A stretch of DNA of 64,000 bases from Hydrolagus colliei (Eukaryota): contig CM068757.1 of assembly GCA_035084275.1 (NCBI GenBank), positions 5,890,001 through 5,954,000 of the forward strand, in the 5' to 3' direction. Positions 38,403 to 51,331 of the stretch are shown piece by piece. Made by a program: the position numbers and the translations under genes. The notes under the pieces were generated by a model, which saw nothing but the letters and a program-made list of their open reading frames with translations, was not told the DNA's origin and did no database searches. Every line of letters starts with the position of its first letter. Positions within the stretch are counted from its first letter, which is position 1.

Positions 38403-41400
38403 CTGCATTCAATGAACAGACATATTAGTTAACGTGAGAAACGTATATAAACACATAAAGCAGGCGAAAATTATGCACAGCCAGAAAGCCCGGATATCTC
38501 CTGATGAGGGTTGGGTCGCGCTCCACCATCAGCCAGCTGAACGTGTGGAACTCACTATATGAGAAGGGCACAAGGGAAGATTTGGAGCAGGGAAGCTACA
38601 TCCATGGGTCACAAATTAGTTAGTACACCAATAATATAATAATCCTTAAATTTGATATAGTACCTTATCAAGTTGTCGAGACATAACAAAGCGCTTCACA
38701 GAATACACTGTAAAATTAATTGATTGTATATTTTGTGGGCAAAATGTATTTCTGATTGTTCAGCACCTTAAAAAGGCAACATGAAAACCGCTCTACAAAT
38801 GTAATTTTGTTGTTGTTTGTTGGCGATTTCCCCAGAACACAGCGAAGGGAGATCTCATTACAGCAACCATCAGTGATAACATCATATTCATCTCCAAACT
38901 GAAGAATTTGGTCCCCATACAGGGCAAATTCTATTCTATTTGCAGGAAGCTTCTGGACAAAGTATTATTGCACTATGAATGAGAAAGTTTATGGCCTGTT
39001 AATATAAATATTTCTTACTTATAAAGGCCCTAGGTGGCAAATATTATGTGAGTATTCAAAATACAATTTGCAATTCAATATTGCATGGTACAGATTCAGA
39101 TAATAGCATACAGCATTAATATTATGTGAGTTATTAGTTTTACACCACTTAAGGTACCATCTCTGCTTGTCCCATCTTTGTCTAATTTACAGAACACTAA
39201 TTACACCATTTATAGTAGATGCGGTGGGCAATTCTATCATTTTCAAGGGAATTAATTCTTTCATTAAAAAGGGAATACTGTACTTTGTACGTGTTCATAC
39301 ATCACTCAGCAAGAACAAGTGATCTGATAAAACCTAACACTTCCTTAACATACCAGCCAGTGTATTAGTTATTTGTCCTCATTTGGAATACAATGTTGGT
39401 ATCTGTCCATGCGGGAACTCAATGCAATCAAAACTGCTACAGGGCAAAGCACTCTGGAAATGTGCTCAGGTTCTGACAAGTCAGTCAAAGTTCTTCAGTT
39501 TGTAGAGATATGTAACTGATGGAAAATGACATGAACGAAATTGATATGAAAGAAATTGCAATGAAAGAATTAAAATATATTGACGTGTAATTCCTTCGGA
39601 TAATCTTCCCTTCTCCTCTTCTACCCTACTGCAAAGGCACTTGGCAGCATCAAAAATCCAAAGCCTAAATTTCTATGGCACTATTGCAATTCTTTTGCTA
39701 ATGTAACATAACAGTAGGTTAACACAGATGAACACCATGCACCCATTTCGGATGCTGCTTTGATAGTTGATACAAATACACAGATGGTTCCAGCAAGTTA
39801 GTTAAACCTTTCAGTCGGTCTTATTACATGGGGTTAAAAAAAAAGAGAATTAAAACAAATGAATTGAACAGCAAAATGTCATTATGACTGAAGGACCCTA
39901 ATGCCACTGGTTTCTGTTCCACTTGCATTTCCAGAGTTGAAATCATTGGATGTTGCTGGCATGAAGCCCTTCATCTGCACCTGTTCAGCAAAAAAACAGA
40001 CTAACACTTGCAAACACAGTGCACAACTGAGAGTGTACCAGTTTTGTCAGCTAGTATAATCAGAAACACCGGGTAAAGAATGTACACTCCCCAGTGACTG
40101 CTAAGGGGGTGACTTCCAACTCCACCTTAGAAACATCAATTGTTAATTTGTCCACGCTACTAACTGATGCAGGTGTGAACCCTTGAGGAGAAACATTTGG
40201 AGGAAAATTTGCTCAATGAATGCAGGGAATAATATTTTTTAAATGGTGCTTTGTAGTCTGCTATAAGAAAACTGCATACTTCATATTTTCTCAACTTATT
40301 TTCACCACTTCTAAGAAGTAGTCAATGATTTTGTGAAAAAAATTAATAGCTAGGGCGTAGCATTTCATTTTCTATTTTGCCCCGAGTCATGGAATAATCG
40401 TTGATGTCTGCATGTTGTATGAATTATTAGACCTTACTACAAAAACACAGAAAAGATTAATAGTATTAAATTAATCCGTAGGGTTTACGAAGATTAACTA
40501 CAGTGTCACAAATTGGATCTTACAGCCAAGCAACTCCGCTGTGCATTTCAGCAAAAAAAAGATTCTATGAATATATAATACATAAAGTTTTCATGAAATA
40601 AAATTTTAAAAGATACACCACATAAACAGAGCTGCAAAATTAGGGAAACAAAGTCATCATATCTACTTAACCTAAGTCTATTCAATCCAAAATGTGTGCT
40701 CTGTAAAAAACACACTCACATCTTCCCTTAAATTGTCGTACAAGCATGTTAGTCTCTTGTAGTCAGGTGTCGAATTGCATTGCCTGCAGACAACAGAGTG
40801 CTTACATTATGTTGCAGAAATTTCAGAATGTGTTGTGATTGGATTCAGAATAAGCTCAGAAATGTTCTCGATACTAAAAATCATAAGTTCTTCCGGTTTG
40901 GGACCATTGTCACAACTGCTGTGTCCATTTTAAATTAAAAGTACTTTTTGAGCTGTACACTGAGCCATGACCGCACATTTTTGAATAGCAGAATTTGGAA
41001 CAAGAACATAAATAATCTCCAATAATGTCCACAATAACGTCTACAATAATAATGTTTAATCACAAATCTCATTTAAAATGAAAATAACTATATCTTACCA
41101 GGGCTTACTGTCAGTATCTGATACCACATAAGCCACACTCATAACTAATCATGCGTCACACAGCTGGCTTGAAGCTAGACCACTGTAATAATGGATGATA
41201 ATCCTAATTAAGCCACTAATTATATTCTCATCAGAAGTCATTAATTATCAACAGCTCAGCAGCCAAGAGCATAATGTACTCAGTGCTGACTGATTGCATA
41301 AATATATAATATTGTTAAGTTAGCAAAGGAGATCTCTCCTTTTTTTAAAAAAATGATTTTTATGTGTGGTGAACAGGAAGAGAGACTGGTCTATTTAGTG

Positions 41401-43668
41401 GTCCATCAAAGACGTCTGATACCTCCTTCCACTTTGAGCTCACGGTACAAGTAATAGGGTGTGGAGAGTGGATGGGTGTGGGGAGTGGGTGACTGTGGGG
41501 TGGGGAGGAAGGAAAATATATTGGCATTCTTCAACAGCTTCCAATATTTAAAAATGAAATAATTGTGGGCACTTTAAATGAACTCTCCAATCTATTACTA
41601 CTTTCTCTACAGCTGGATTTGAATTGAATGCAATCAAAACTCATCTTCAGTTCATGATAGAACATAAGCAAGGGTATTAATTCAAGCCTAAAAAAATCGA
41701 AATAAACAGTAATCTCAAGCAATGTAGTAGATGTGACCAATACTCTCCAAACTCTACATCCACTTGCCTGGAGTTAGTGCAGTTGCTTTTGACATTTTTG
41801 AAACTCTTGAAAGAGTATGACATCCTAGCCCCTTTGAGGCATATTTCATGAGCTGCTGAACTGGTGAATTAAACGCACAATTTCCTTAAAGGGCAAAAAC
41901 TTCAAGTGATGATAAGTTTATGTTCTTCAGCTTAGCACTGCCTACTCCCCTCATGGAAGAATGCGTGACCAAAATCAGTTTCAATATCATTGACTTGTCC
42001 AATGCCATCCAATATCCAATGTACCAAATGTGCGCAACAGGCTGCCGTGTTTCCCTCACAAAATACACAAGTAAATCACTTTACATTGTATCCCGTGAAG
42101 TGCTTTGAAATGTCTCAATGACATATGTTATGATTACTGCTAGGATTATTATTATTATTATCTAAAGTGGAATTGTTCTCTGTAATTAATCATGACACCA
42201 TCTATAGAATTGTTAATATCCAATTTGGCAATCTAAATGGTGCTCCATCTTCAGACTGAGAAGATCAAATCAACTATTACCCACCATCTTTAGTTTACAG
42301 CTTGTTGGTCTGGTAGCCAAATACAGTATAATGCAAGTCTCTTTCAATAAACACATCATGGAGGCAGATAGTGTAGCAAATGTGTAAACAGCAAATGTAA
42401 ACTCTTGAATCCTTTAATTTTCCTTAAGCGAGACTAATTTGGATTCCAGTACATGAATACCAGATTTTATCACCACATGAAAGACCATTAAAGTGCATCA
42501 GGGATACAAAACATAAGATACGCTAGGGAGATTCAGCTGATCAGCAAGAGTAGAGTATGTTCAATCGAGCTGCTCGCATCTATATTATTTATTTGGTGCT
42601 GATGTAAAGCCATTGATATACTGGTGATTTGCATGCACAGAGTGAACTTCTCAATGTTTTTTTATTTCTCACAGTGAATTTTTAATGCTCATCAAATTTA
42701 AGGCTAGTAGTGTTAGGAGTGGGGCACTTCTCCATGTCAGTTTCTTAGTGTCATCAGATGGAGCTGGGTAAGATCTCATTATTCTATATCAAATACAATA
42801 TATGCCTCTGTCCCAATGTCTACTTCACATCAAACCATTTGTGTGGTTTCTTTGACTCAAACTGCCAGAAAACAGCTTTGTATGTGGATTCTTTGCCTCT
42901 ATCGCAAAATAGATTTTCTTTTAACCTTCATAGGATGAGCTCCACATTCTCTTGTTTCTGGCTTTGTAACTTCTACTTACAATGCTCATTTGGTTTATTA
43001 GCTATAAATAAAGCTCCCCCACATCTCACCTCTCTGAGAGTAATGAAGGATTTTTTGTTTAAATTCCACTTCCTCAAAACATAATCAATCAATGGTACAA
43101 ATTCTATATTCCACAATTCCCAGTCATCTATCCTCTCTTTCGTGGTGCCCAATGGAATGTATTAGTACAAACTGCTTCCATTAACTGAAAAGCGCAGAGT
43201 TCCATCTCAGCAATATTGGTATATAAATGCTTCAATAATGCTATTCCTTCCTAATTATCTACAAGATTGTCTTGGTTTTGTCAGCATCATATTATTAATG
43301 CAGGTCATCTCCTAATGCAGATGACAGGCATCCTGCTGTTCAAAACTAATTTTGGTAATCTTCCATTACTGCAACTGATACGCATCTCAATTCCAATTAA
43401 CATAAATTATCTCTATATCTCGATGTTGCAATAGCTTTTACGTCCTTCCAAGCATGAATTGTCTTTTCTTTCTTACAGCTTTGATTTTGCTATGTATGTT
43501 TGAACTTCTATTGTCTTACCAAAAGGGTTTTGAGGGTATACTGGCCAAGAAGCTTAAATGAATACTCCAGTTAAGGATCACAATATTTAATACTATGAGC
43601 CTGCCTTCCCTTATCTAACAGCTGGAAAATAATATTAATGGTCCTTGTATTTGATATAGCACCTTTTA

Positions 43669-43880
43669 AGAACATAAGAATCAGGAGCAGGAGTAGGCCA
43701 TTCGGCCCTTCGAGCCTGCTCCACCATTCAATAAGATCATGGCTGATCTTCTCACCTAACTCTGATTACCTGCCCTATCCCCATATCCCCTAATCCCTCT
43801 ATTTTTCAAAAATCTATCAGTCTCAGCCTTGAAAATGTTCAAGGACTGAGCATCCACAGCTTTCTGGGGTAGTGAATTCC
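43669..43880 (-). mobile_element. CR1 LINE 3' tail
   Basis: aagaacataagaatcaggagcaggagtaggccattcggcccttcgagcctgctccaccattcaataagatcatggctgatc is a typical chondrichthyan CR1 3' end in reverse. A related piece lies at about 22100-22152. Confidence 0.8.
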
Positions 43881-43884
43881 ATAA

Positions 43885-44228
43885 ATTCTGTATCACATCG
43901 TTGAGACTCCTCGAAGGGCTTCACAGAATACATTGTACTGTAAATTGACTGTATACTTTGTGGACGAAACGCAGCAGCCAATTGCGCACAGCAGTGTCCC
44001 CGCAAATAGTCGTGGACTGAAGTGACCAATATATTATTAGATTTTTTTTTAAAAGGTATTATTACCCCTGGAAAAGCGATCTGCCAATCGACCAACAACC
44101 GGGTTCCTACTTACTGCTAGGTAAACAGAGGAGTGTGGAGGAAGGAACTTGCCCAACATTTTGCTCTGCCAGGAATCAAACCCAAGTATTTGGCTTGCGA
44201 GGTGAGTGCTCTAACCACTGTGCTCTAA
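43885..44228 (-). mobile_element. tRNA-derived SINE, long form
   Basis: Central segment cccctggaaaagcgatc...gggttcctacttactgctaggtaaacagagg. Head ...gtgagtgctctaaccactg. Confidence 0.88.
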
Positions 44229-46859
44229 CTCTAACCACTCCATGGTTTAAAGAAGAAAAGATTAAATTTAAGCAAAACTTTGTCGAGAACAATTCAAATC
44301 ATCCAATGCTCACAATCATAGTTCCAAGTGCAAAGTGTGACACTCTAAACTGTAACATGTCCTAAACAATTCCACAGTCTCTTACATCAGCCAGCATTCA
44401 TGAGAAACATTGAGGCTGGTAATTTCTATACACCAAATCTACGCACAGTCATGCCAAAAGATAGCATGGTAACAAGCGATACTTGCCACTAGAATTGAAG
44501 TCTATTGAAGTAAATTTTGAATATTTTATTTGATAGGAACAATTTTCTATTTTCGAATGGAGTGAAAAGAGAGCTGAGTTCGTATTTTGCAGGTCCAATT
44601 TTAATGCATAAATGTAGGAAAAGCATAATTTATTCTCAACAGGGAGCCAGTTCGCGGCAGGCCCATTACAGCATCACCTTTTTGCTAACGGACACTGCAA
44701 TTATTTGAGAAAATACTTCAGTGTTATCAGTCTTCTCCTCACTTGACCTTTTCATGTTAGAACTGATCACTACATTTACGCATCTCCTGACCCTACTCAG
44801 TTTAGCTTGCAGTTTTTATGTTCCAGCTGAAACCTACGCTTGTTCTTTCATAAGGGTCGAATCCATTCCTTCTCTAAAAATCTTCCATCTCAGGCTAATT
44901 TTGTTCTTCATTTCACCAAGGTATCAGATCAGGATTGTCTCAAGGTTGTCTTTTTACGTTACTAACATTCTGAGTTAATCTGTGAAGGATAATTACAAAT
45001 TTTACCCTTGTATGTATCTACATTTCAACTGGGTCTGCCATCACTTGTTCAGGTTTATAAGACAACTAACTTCTCTTTAACAATGACAGTAAAGTCTCAT
45101 GATAACATATTTCATTATAATGCAGATTTGCTAATAACTTGGGTGCCCCGTGAACCTGTAGCCAGCTCCCCACGCACTAAAAAATGGCCAACTTCCAGTG
45201 AAACCGGGCAACCTCATATCAATGTGCTGTGAGATCTCCCACTTTTTTAAGAGCTACAGAAAAACAGCTTCAAAGCTAAAAATTTTATATATCAATTTGT
45301 GAAAATCTGGTCGCTCTAAAATGCTACATAGAGTATTCCAAGAGTCATTTTTCTCTACAAAGTGCATGTTAGAGACTGTGGCTGGAACCAGCAGCTCATT
45401 GTTCTAAATTGCAGAATTCCAGTTCATTCTTTCTTTAAAAATGTCTCTATGAAATAAGATTTGATGCTTCAAACTTTGGCTTGCTTTAAGCTCACCGTAT
45501 CTCTCTGACAGATGCAAAAAGGTTTCAATACTCAAACCCAAGGAAGAACCTTTGTTGGGTTACACCAACGCTATACAAATATGATTATACTCACAGAATA
45601 ACATTAAACTATTTTGATTTGAATACACCACATTACCGGAATGAATCACCCTGCACCTTTCACTTAATTAGAATAGAACCTAATGGCTGTAGATTAGTAG
45701 GAGCCGACGAGAAAAACTGATCCATCTCTCAACAGACAAAGGAGAGTGTGTAGGAAGAATCCTTTATGTGCTACAATTATTTTTGGCCCTTTTTATTCAA
45801 AGAAATGTGGTAAATCATCTGTGCTTCAAACAATATCCTAACAACAACATTTGTTTAATTCCTTAGCCAATTAGCACATTCATGATTGGTGCCTAGTGTT
45901 TTGAAGCTTATCTGGCCAGCTGTGTTTTGATGAGCTGCATTGGTGCAGAACAGCAGTCTGAGGCGGCAGCAGCACAATGGGACCATCCCTGGTTAGCATT
46001 TACCGTACTCTCGATCAGTTAGAAAACAGATAAATGTGTATTTAAACATAGAGGGCGCTGATCACATTTGCAATCCCATATTTGAAAGGAAAATGCCCTG
46101 AGCTTATGAAATGTACACTTGTAAGTGGGCATTAAAACCAGTGCCCTCTGTTTGACAGTGGTGTGTGAATGCTACAGAATGAAAATAAGAATTAAAAAAA
46201 AAGAAATTCATGATATAACAAAGGAGCAAAACTTGTTTGTGACTTCATACTAATTATTAAGAATTATTTATTCTGAATTGAGCCCAGAAAATATTACCCA
46301 ATGTCCATTGTTATACAATCAAGGTTACACCAAAATTTTATTTTCAGGTTTCCTGATTGCCCGACTGATATACTGAATTCATATTAAAGACCTGTTCAGT
46401 TTTTAAGAATTCTTATTACTGATTACTTGACTGTCCAGCACCTTGGGACATACTCCCAACACGAAAGGTGTGCGTGGCATTCATACATGAAAGGCGTGGC
46501 ATTGTTGTTTGTTTTTGTTGAAGCAGAACCTACATATAACAACATAAATAACATTTACCTTCGATGCAAGGAGGTTTCATCTCAAGCCATTTCACCAGAT
46601 GCAGTGCAAAGTGTATTTTGTAGTCAAACAAGCAGTTATGTTACATTAATACAAAAATTCAACATTTGGAAGTTACTGAAGTTTCTTAATTTTCTTTAGC
46701 TTGTAACTGGGTTTACCCAAGAAATTTGCTATGTAGTGATAAGAAACTGTGTTAGCAATTAGGAAGCTGCAGAAGCAAGCAGTAATTGAGGAAGATAGGA
46801 GCGCCAAATTATTTCTTTGTAAACATGAGTGTCCATGCTAGAAACAAAAAGCATCTGGA

Positions 46860-47010
46860 CAAAAGTGGATGGTGATTTGGGGAGGACGGGGTTGCAGGAC
46901 TATGGGGAGCAATCAGGGGAGTGTGATTGATTTGGACAGCTCTTTTCAAAGTGCCAGCCCAGACACGATGAGCTGAATGGCCTCCTTCTGTGCTGTATAA
47001 TTCTATGAAA
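46860..47010 (+). mobile_element. CR1 LINE 3' tail in an IFTAP intron
   Basis: ...gacacgatgagctgaatggcctccttctgtgctgtataattctatga. A related piece lies at about 49765-49845. Confidence 0.75.
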
Positions 47011-47085
47011 TGCAAATCTCTTTATTGATTTAGTAAATTTGTTTTTGTTATTTGCTTAATCTGTATACGCATGGCGAACACTTAC

Positions 47086-47152
47086 CAGTGTCCCTGAGGT
47101 TGATGACCTCTTCCTCACAGTCTTCACCTTCAAATTCCATGTAATTGTCTAC
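47086..47152 (-). CDS. IFTAP: IFTAP coding exon 3 (67 nt): VDNYMEFEGEDCEEEVINLRDT(G)
   Basis: Aligns without gaps to the recalled human VDNFLDLEDLDMDEEIKPQMSE. Acceptor ctttcttaAG|, donor CTG|GTAAGT. Confidence 0.88.
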
Positions 47153-47667
47153 CTTAAGAAAGTTAAAGATCGACAAATTGTCAATAAAAACTCTTATTAA
47201 ATGAATACTTCCAAATCTTACGATAAACCCACCAAACCTCATTTGCCATGATCAGTTATGGACGCGTGTTTTCAACAGGGAGTTTTGAACATTAGGCATG
47301 TGAAGACGAAAGCTTGAAAAACAGCAACTAACAGGGCATCCAACAATAAGGCATTGTGCCATCATGTGACATAGCAATCGCTGCTAGCAGTGCCCCACTG
47401 TGACATCATTTTGAATTGTAACAAGTAATACCCTTATTTACAAGAACATTGTACCGAGTCAACAAACAAAAACCATGTTATAAATCCTGTCACAAGTGCA
47501 AGGACGAGAAAGCTATTTCCACTGAACTTATTTGCCTGAAGCACCATGAGGAAGCGGTTTCATCAGGTTAAGGATCAGTAGTGCTGGCAGTAAAAATGCA
47601 GGCAGTGCAAATCAATTCAGGCTCTGCTAATGTCTGGCCATTTTAAAAGCTCTACCAAACTGCCCAA

Positions 47668-47750
47668 CCCTTGTAAAAAAGTAACACCACTATAACCATA
47701 GTACTACCATAGTACTACCACCATTACCATGGTACTTTTTTTTACAAGAG
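47668..47750. repeat. Short foldback/MITE-like element
   Basis: The left end cccttgtaaaaaagta and the right end tacttttttttacaagag are near-inverted. Internal accatagtact is repeated. Confidence 0.55.
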
Positions 47751-47769
47751 CTTTTAAAGAACCTACTTT

Positions 47770-48391
47770 TAACTTTATCCGGCACCCACGGGACCTGACC
47801 AATGCTGGTTAAATCACTTGCTGGATGGATATCCGGGCAGCCCACGGCCGAAAACCCATTACAAAAAAATTAAAGTTCTTTTAACACACACCATACACAC
47901 CAGACTAAGTAATAACAGAATATTATATTGGTACGTACTGTTAAAACATAAGTCGCGTGACTTTACTAGCGGCAAGCTGAAGCCCTATACTCTAATAGCG
48001 GCAAACCAAAATACTGCACCTGCGCGACAACTTGGGTTATCGGCTAGCGTTATCGGCTTGCCGCTAGTATGATTTTAAAGTTGCGTTCCATTTTTTTCAC
48101 CTGCTTGGCGTGCTCCATTTTAAAAAGAATCGCTGGACTATAATCCTCAACCGCAGCATCGTGGCTTCAAGCGCAGCATCTACCAGTAAAGGTAAAAAGC
48201 GCAAGAGAGTAGTTTTAACGATAAGTACCAATACAATATTCTGTTATTATCTGTTATTATTTATGCATTTACAAATGCTCCACTGCTATTGTTCCAGACA
48301 AGTTCTGGTTTATCGAATGGGGATTTTTTTTGGCATGCCGGTTATACGGAAGTGCCGGGACATCAAGTCACGGATAAACGGGCTTCTACTG
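47770..48391 (+). mobile_element. Internally deleted pogo/Tigger-type DNA transposon
   Basis: The right end reads CAGTAGAAGCCCGTTTATCCG on the - strand and is followed by TA. The left region has tttatccggcac. Internal (M)ASSAASTSKGKKRKRVVLTI resembles a Tigger/CENP-B transposase N-terminus. CpG-rich. Confidence 0.65.
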
Positions 48392-50572
48392 TATATCCAC
48401 CTCCCTAGTTTACGATAGTAGTTCTGAGAAGGGAAATTCGAGTGATGGTTTTTGCTGCCCTACATCTCATTCTCAACAATAAAATCTGAGATCAATTCAA
48501 CATCAACCCATTTATTGCATTACTTTTCAGGTCACGTCACAAGATTGTGAGAATCTGCTTCCCAATTCAAATTAGATCACTTTTGAAGTTCACAGTAAAT
48601 GTACATTTTTCAGTGTCACTTTTCTAATCATCGAAACTATTGTCTATGGTCCAAAGTGCAGTCATTTAATAGTCTGCTTGTAAGTCCTAAGGTAGAAGTG
48701 TGTTTTCACCCTAATCAGCAATTGCAGAGCCAGTTTGTTCTCATGAGAAGGCAGAAACCAACAGGCTGCAAGTCAATGAAACGGGCCATTTAGCAGATAG
48801 ATTGCCAATGCTAGCATCTACTAGACTCTGAATTTTTGATCAGAAAAGCATTAACACCTTACTGCAGGGTATTTGGCTGCATTGGGATTACATTATAAAT
48901 AACTGTGACCAGTGAAAACAATCACTACAGTATTTGGCAGAGACACAAAAACACTTTAGTGTTTTTAATGTTAATTCCATGAGTTGATTAAATCCCCCAG
49001 CTCGGGTCTAAATCCCTGACTGTTCAGCGCCTTGGGACATCCTCCAAACGTGAAAGGCGCTATACAAATGTCATTTTGTATTGTGTAACTATGCTGGATA
49101 TTGCTTAAAGCTTCAAAACACTTTTCAAAGAAAAATACATTCTGTGTGAAACAAAAGAGAGAAAACTTCACAGTATCACAAACAGAATAACAACCGTTCC
49201 ATATGGTAACACAAACAGGAAATGGTTGCTGCAAGTGACAATGGATCTGTTTATGACAGACCTTACTAGTCATGGTGCACACAAGGAAAGCGTGACAAAT
49301 GCAGTCATGAATTACATTACAGTACTTAGAATTGTTTTGAAAAGTAATCTTAAGCAAGTTTTAGATGTTGAGCTTATTTGAGTTGTTTGATAAAACGGTT
49401 ACACTTCGAAAGAACATTGATGCAGCTAGTTGTAAAACTTGTGGCATTTAACTTTATAACCAAACGTTTCAGAAGAAAAAAACTGAAGAAAAAAGGAGAT
49501 GGTAAATACCAAAACTAACAATGATATTTAAAGCACAATGACTGGTCTACATAAATTTGAATTCTATCAGGGTCAACATTTATAATTTTCCTACTTCCCA
49601 GTGAAAACAGTTTAGATTAAAGCAAATATGATATGGTTGATATGAACGATGCCTGTGACACCTGCATCCAAACATTTAAGAAAGCTGTAGCTCATGGACT
49701 GGGAGCTCACTGGTTTGAATCCAACCATACAGAGTTTGCTGATCTCAGACAGGATTGCACATGTGGATATTAAAAGATACGGGCAAGGCGGGTAATTGGA
49801 CTTGAGGTACAGATCAGGTATAAATCTATAGAATGGCGGAATAGAATCCTGTTTCCAATTGGGACTCTGTTGTCCCCAACTTTCCCGGGCCAGGGGAAGG
49901 AAAACCAGGTAGATTTATGGTCCCTCTTTGACACATGGCAGCTGAGTGAGGAGAGGTCAAGCTTGGCTGTGATGCCCTTTGCAGTTGAGTGGCTGACCAA
50001 CACACACTGCCAAGGCTCATGGCCACGTCGACAAGGCAACCAGAGCCTACAAAATTGCATTCCAGTTTGCAGGGGTTCTCCACATGCCAATGAAAATTAG
50101 AAACAGAATTGCAAGACATGTTCATTTTTTTTTAAAAATCCAAAGGCAGAAAGAGGTTGCAACATGTCTAGCTTACCTTAACTCTTCCAGCGAGTGACAA
50201 GTCCCCTTCTTGAAAGCTACCAACCTTCAATCCTACATCAATAATGAACTGTAAAGCAAAAAATAATTAAAATTAGAAGAAGTTCTGTTCTGCAGAGAAG
50301 TAATGCTTCATAGTAGAGTACATAATAGAAAGACTTGGAAATCTTTTAATTTTTCTTTAAAAAGTGGCATTTATTTTATTGTTTCCTCAAAAATAACCCA
50401 AGATACTGTACTAAAATTGCAGTCTTGGACAGCTAGAGACAAACCAATACAAATTTGAATTATAAAACGACATATGGTCCTAGAAAAGCTATATCTTATC
50501 TAATAATTTAATGTAATTTAATCTCTGAATCAGCAAGTTATTGCTCATATCTGGCAAAAACTGAATACCTGC

Positions 50573-50721
50573 CTCTTCATCATGCTTGCATATATTTAGC
50601 TTCTGTATATTTAGTACACATTCTGCTGACTCTTTCCTCTGGGGTGGAATGTCCTCCTCATCCTCCGCTTCACCACCAAATTCTGTAGGTACTGCCTTCT
50701 CTTCAGGTCTCTTCAGGTTTT
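50573..50721 (-). CDS. IFTAP: IFTAP coding exon 2: (E)NLKRPEEKAVPTEFGGEAEDEEDIPPQRKESAECVLNIQKLNICKHDEE
   Basis: Acceptor ...cttccatgtatAG| at 50722, open in phase 1, acidic composition, and size close to the recalled human exon. The frame closes only with the GC donor GAG|GCAGGT at 50572 (see findings). Confidence 0.72.
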
Positions 50722-51231
50722 CTATACATGGAAGCCAAACTCATTTAATGAAAAAGCCATTTGGCAGCTCGCGTTTTGTAGCTACTAAGCTTGTCAGAGG
50801 GCAGTCTGAGCAAGGCAACCGGTCAAATTTCCCACTGACTAGCCTATCTACTATAATATTGCAATAAATTTACCAATTCATATTGGTTATATCAATATAA
50901 AAATCTTGCATTTGATATAACACCTAGAACATTGAAACATCTCAAAGCACTTTACACTGATTACCATAAAGTACAGTATTGTATAGCGAATATATTTGGT
51001 ATGAACATGGATAACATGGATACATTAATGTTACATAAACAGCCAGGAAGTGAATGGCCAAGTTATCGAGAGGATTATTGTCTCGGACATCATGAGAAAC
51101 TCAAAAGCAGATAGGACCTCGGTTTCATTCAAGAATGCAATGGAGTGCCCAAATCAGATGACCAGTGTTTGCAATAAACACAGGCATTACTTAAACATGG
51201 TACTGTACTATACTTTCAAAGATATACATAC

Positions 51232-51331
51232 CTTTATTCAAGTAAAGAAAGGATTCCAGAAATTCATCATACGTTTGCTCATGGCTACTGCAAAATCTAT
51301 CCAAAGCATCTTGAATTATTTCCTTCTCCAT
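51232..51331 (-). CDS. IFTAP: IFTAP/NWC first coding exon: MEKEIIQDALDRFCSSHEQTYDEFLESFLYLNK(G)
   Basis: Matches the recalled human C11orf74 motif [25 protein letters not shown]. In-frame TGA upstream of the ATG. Donor G|GTATGT at 51231. Probable acceptor ...cccctctgacAG| at 51386/51385. Confidence 0.9.

Noticed and set aside
47447-47474. Perfect RSS nonamer ACAAAAACC (47466-47474) with a 12-bp-spaced CATTGTA
   Set aside because: The heptamer lacks the essential CAC, so it is not a plausible RSS.
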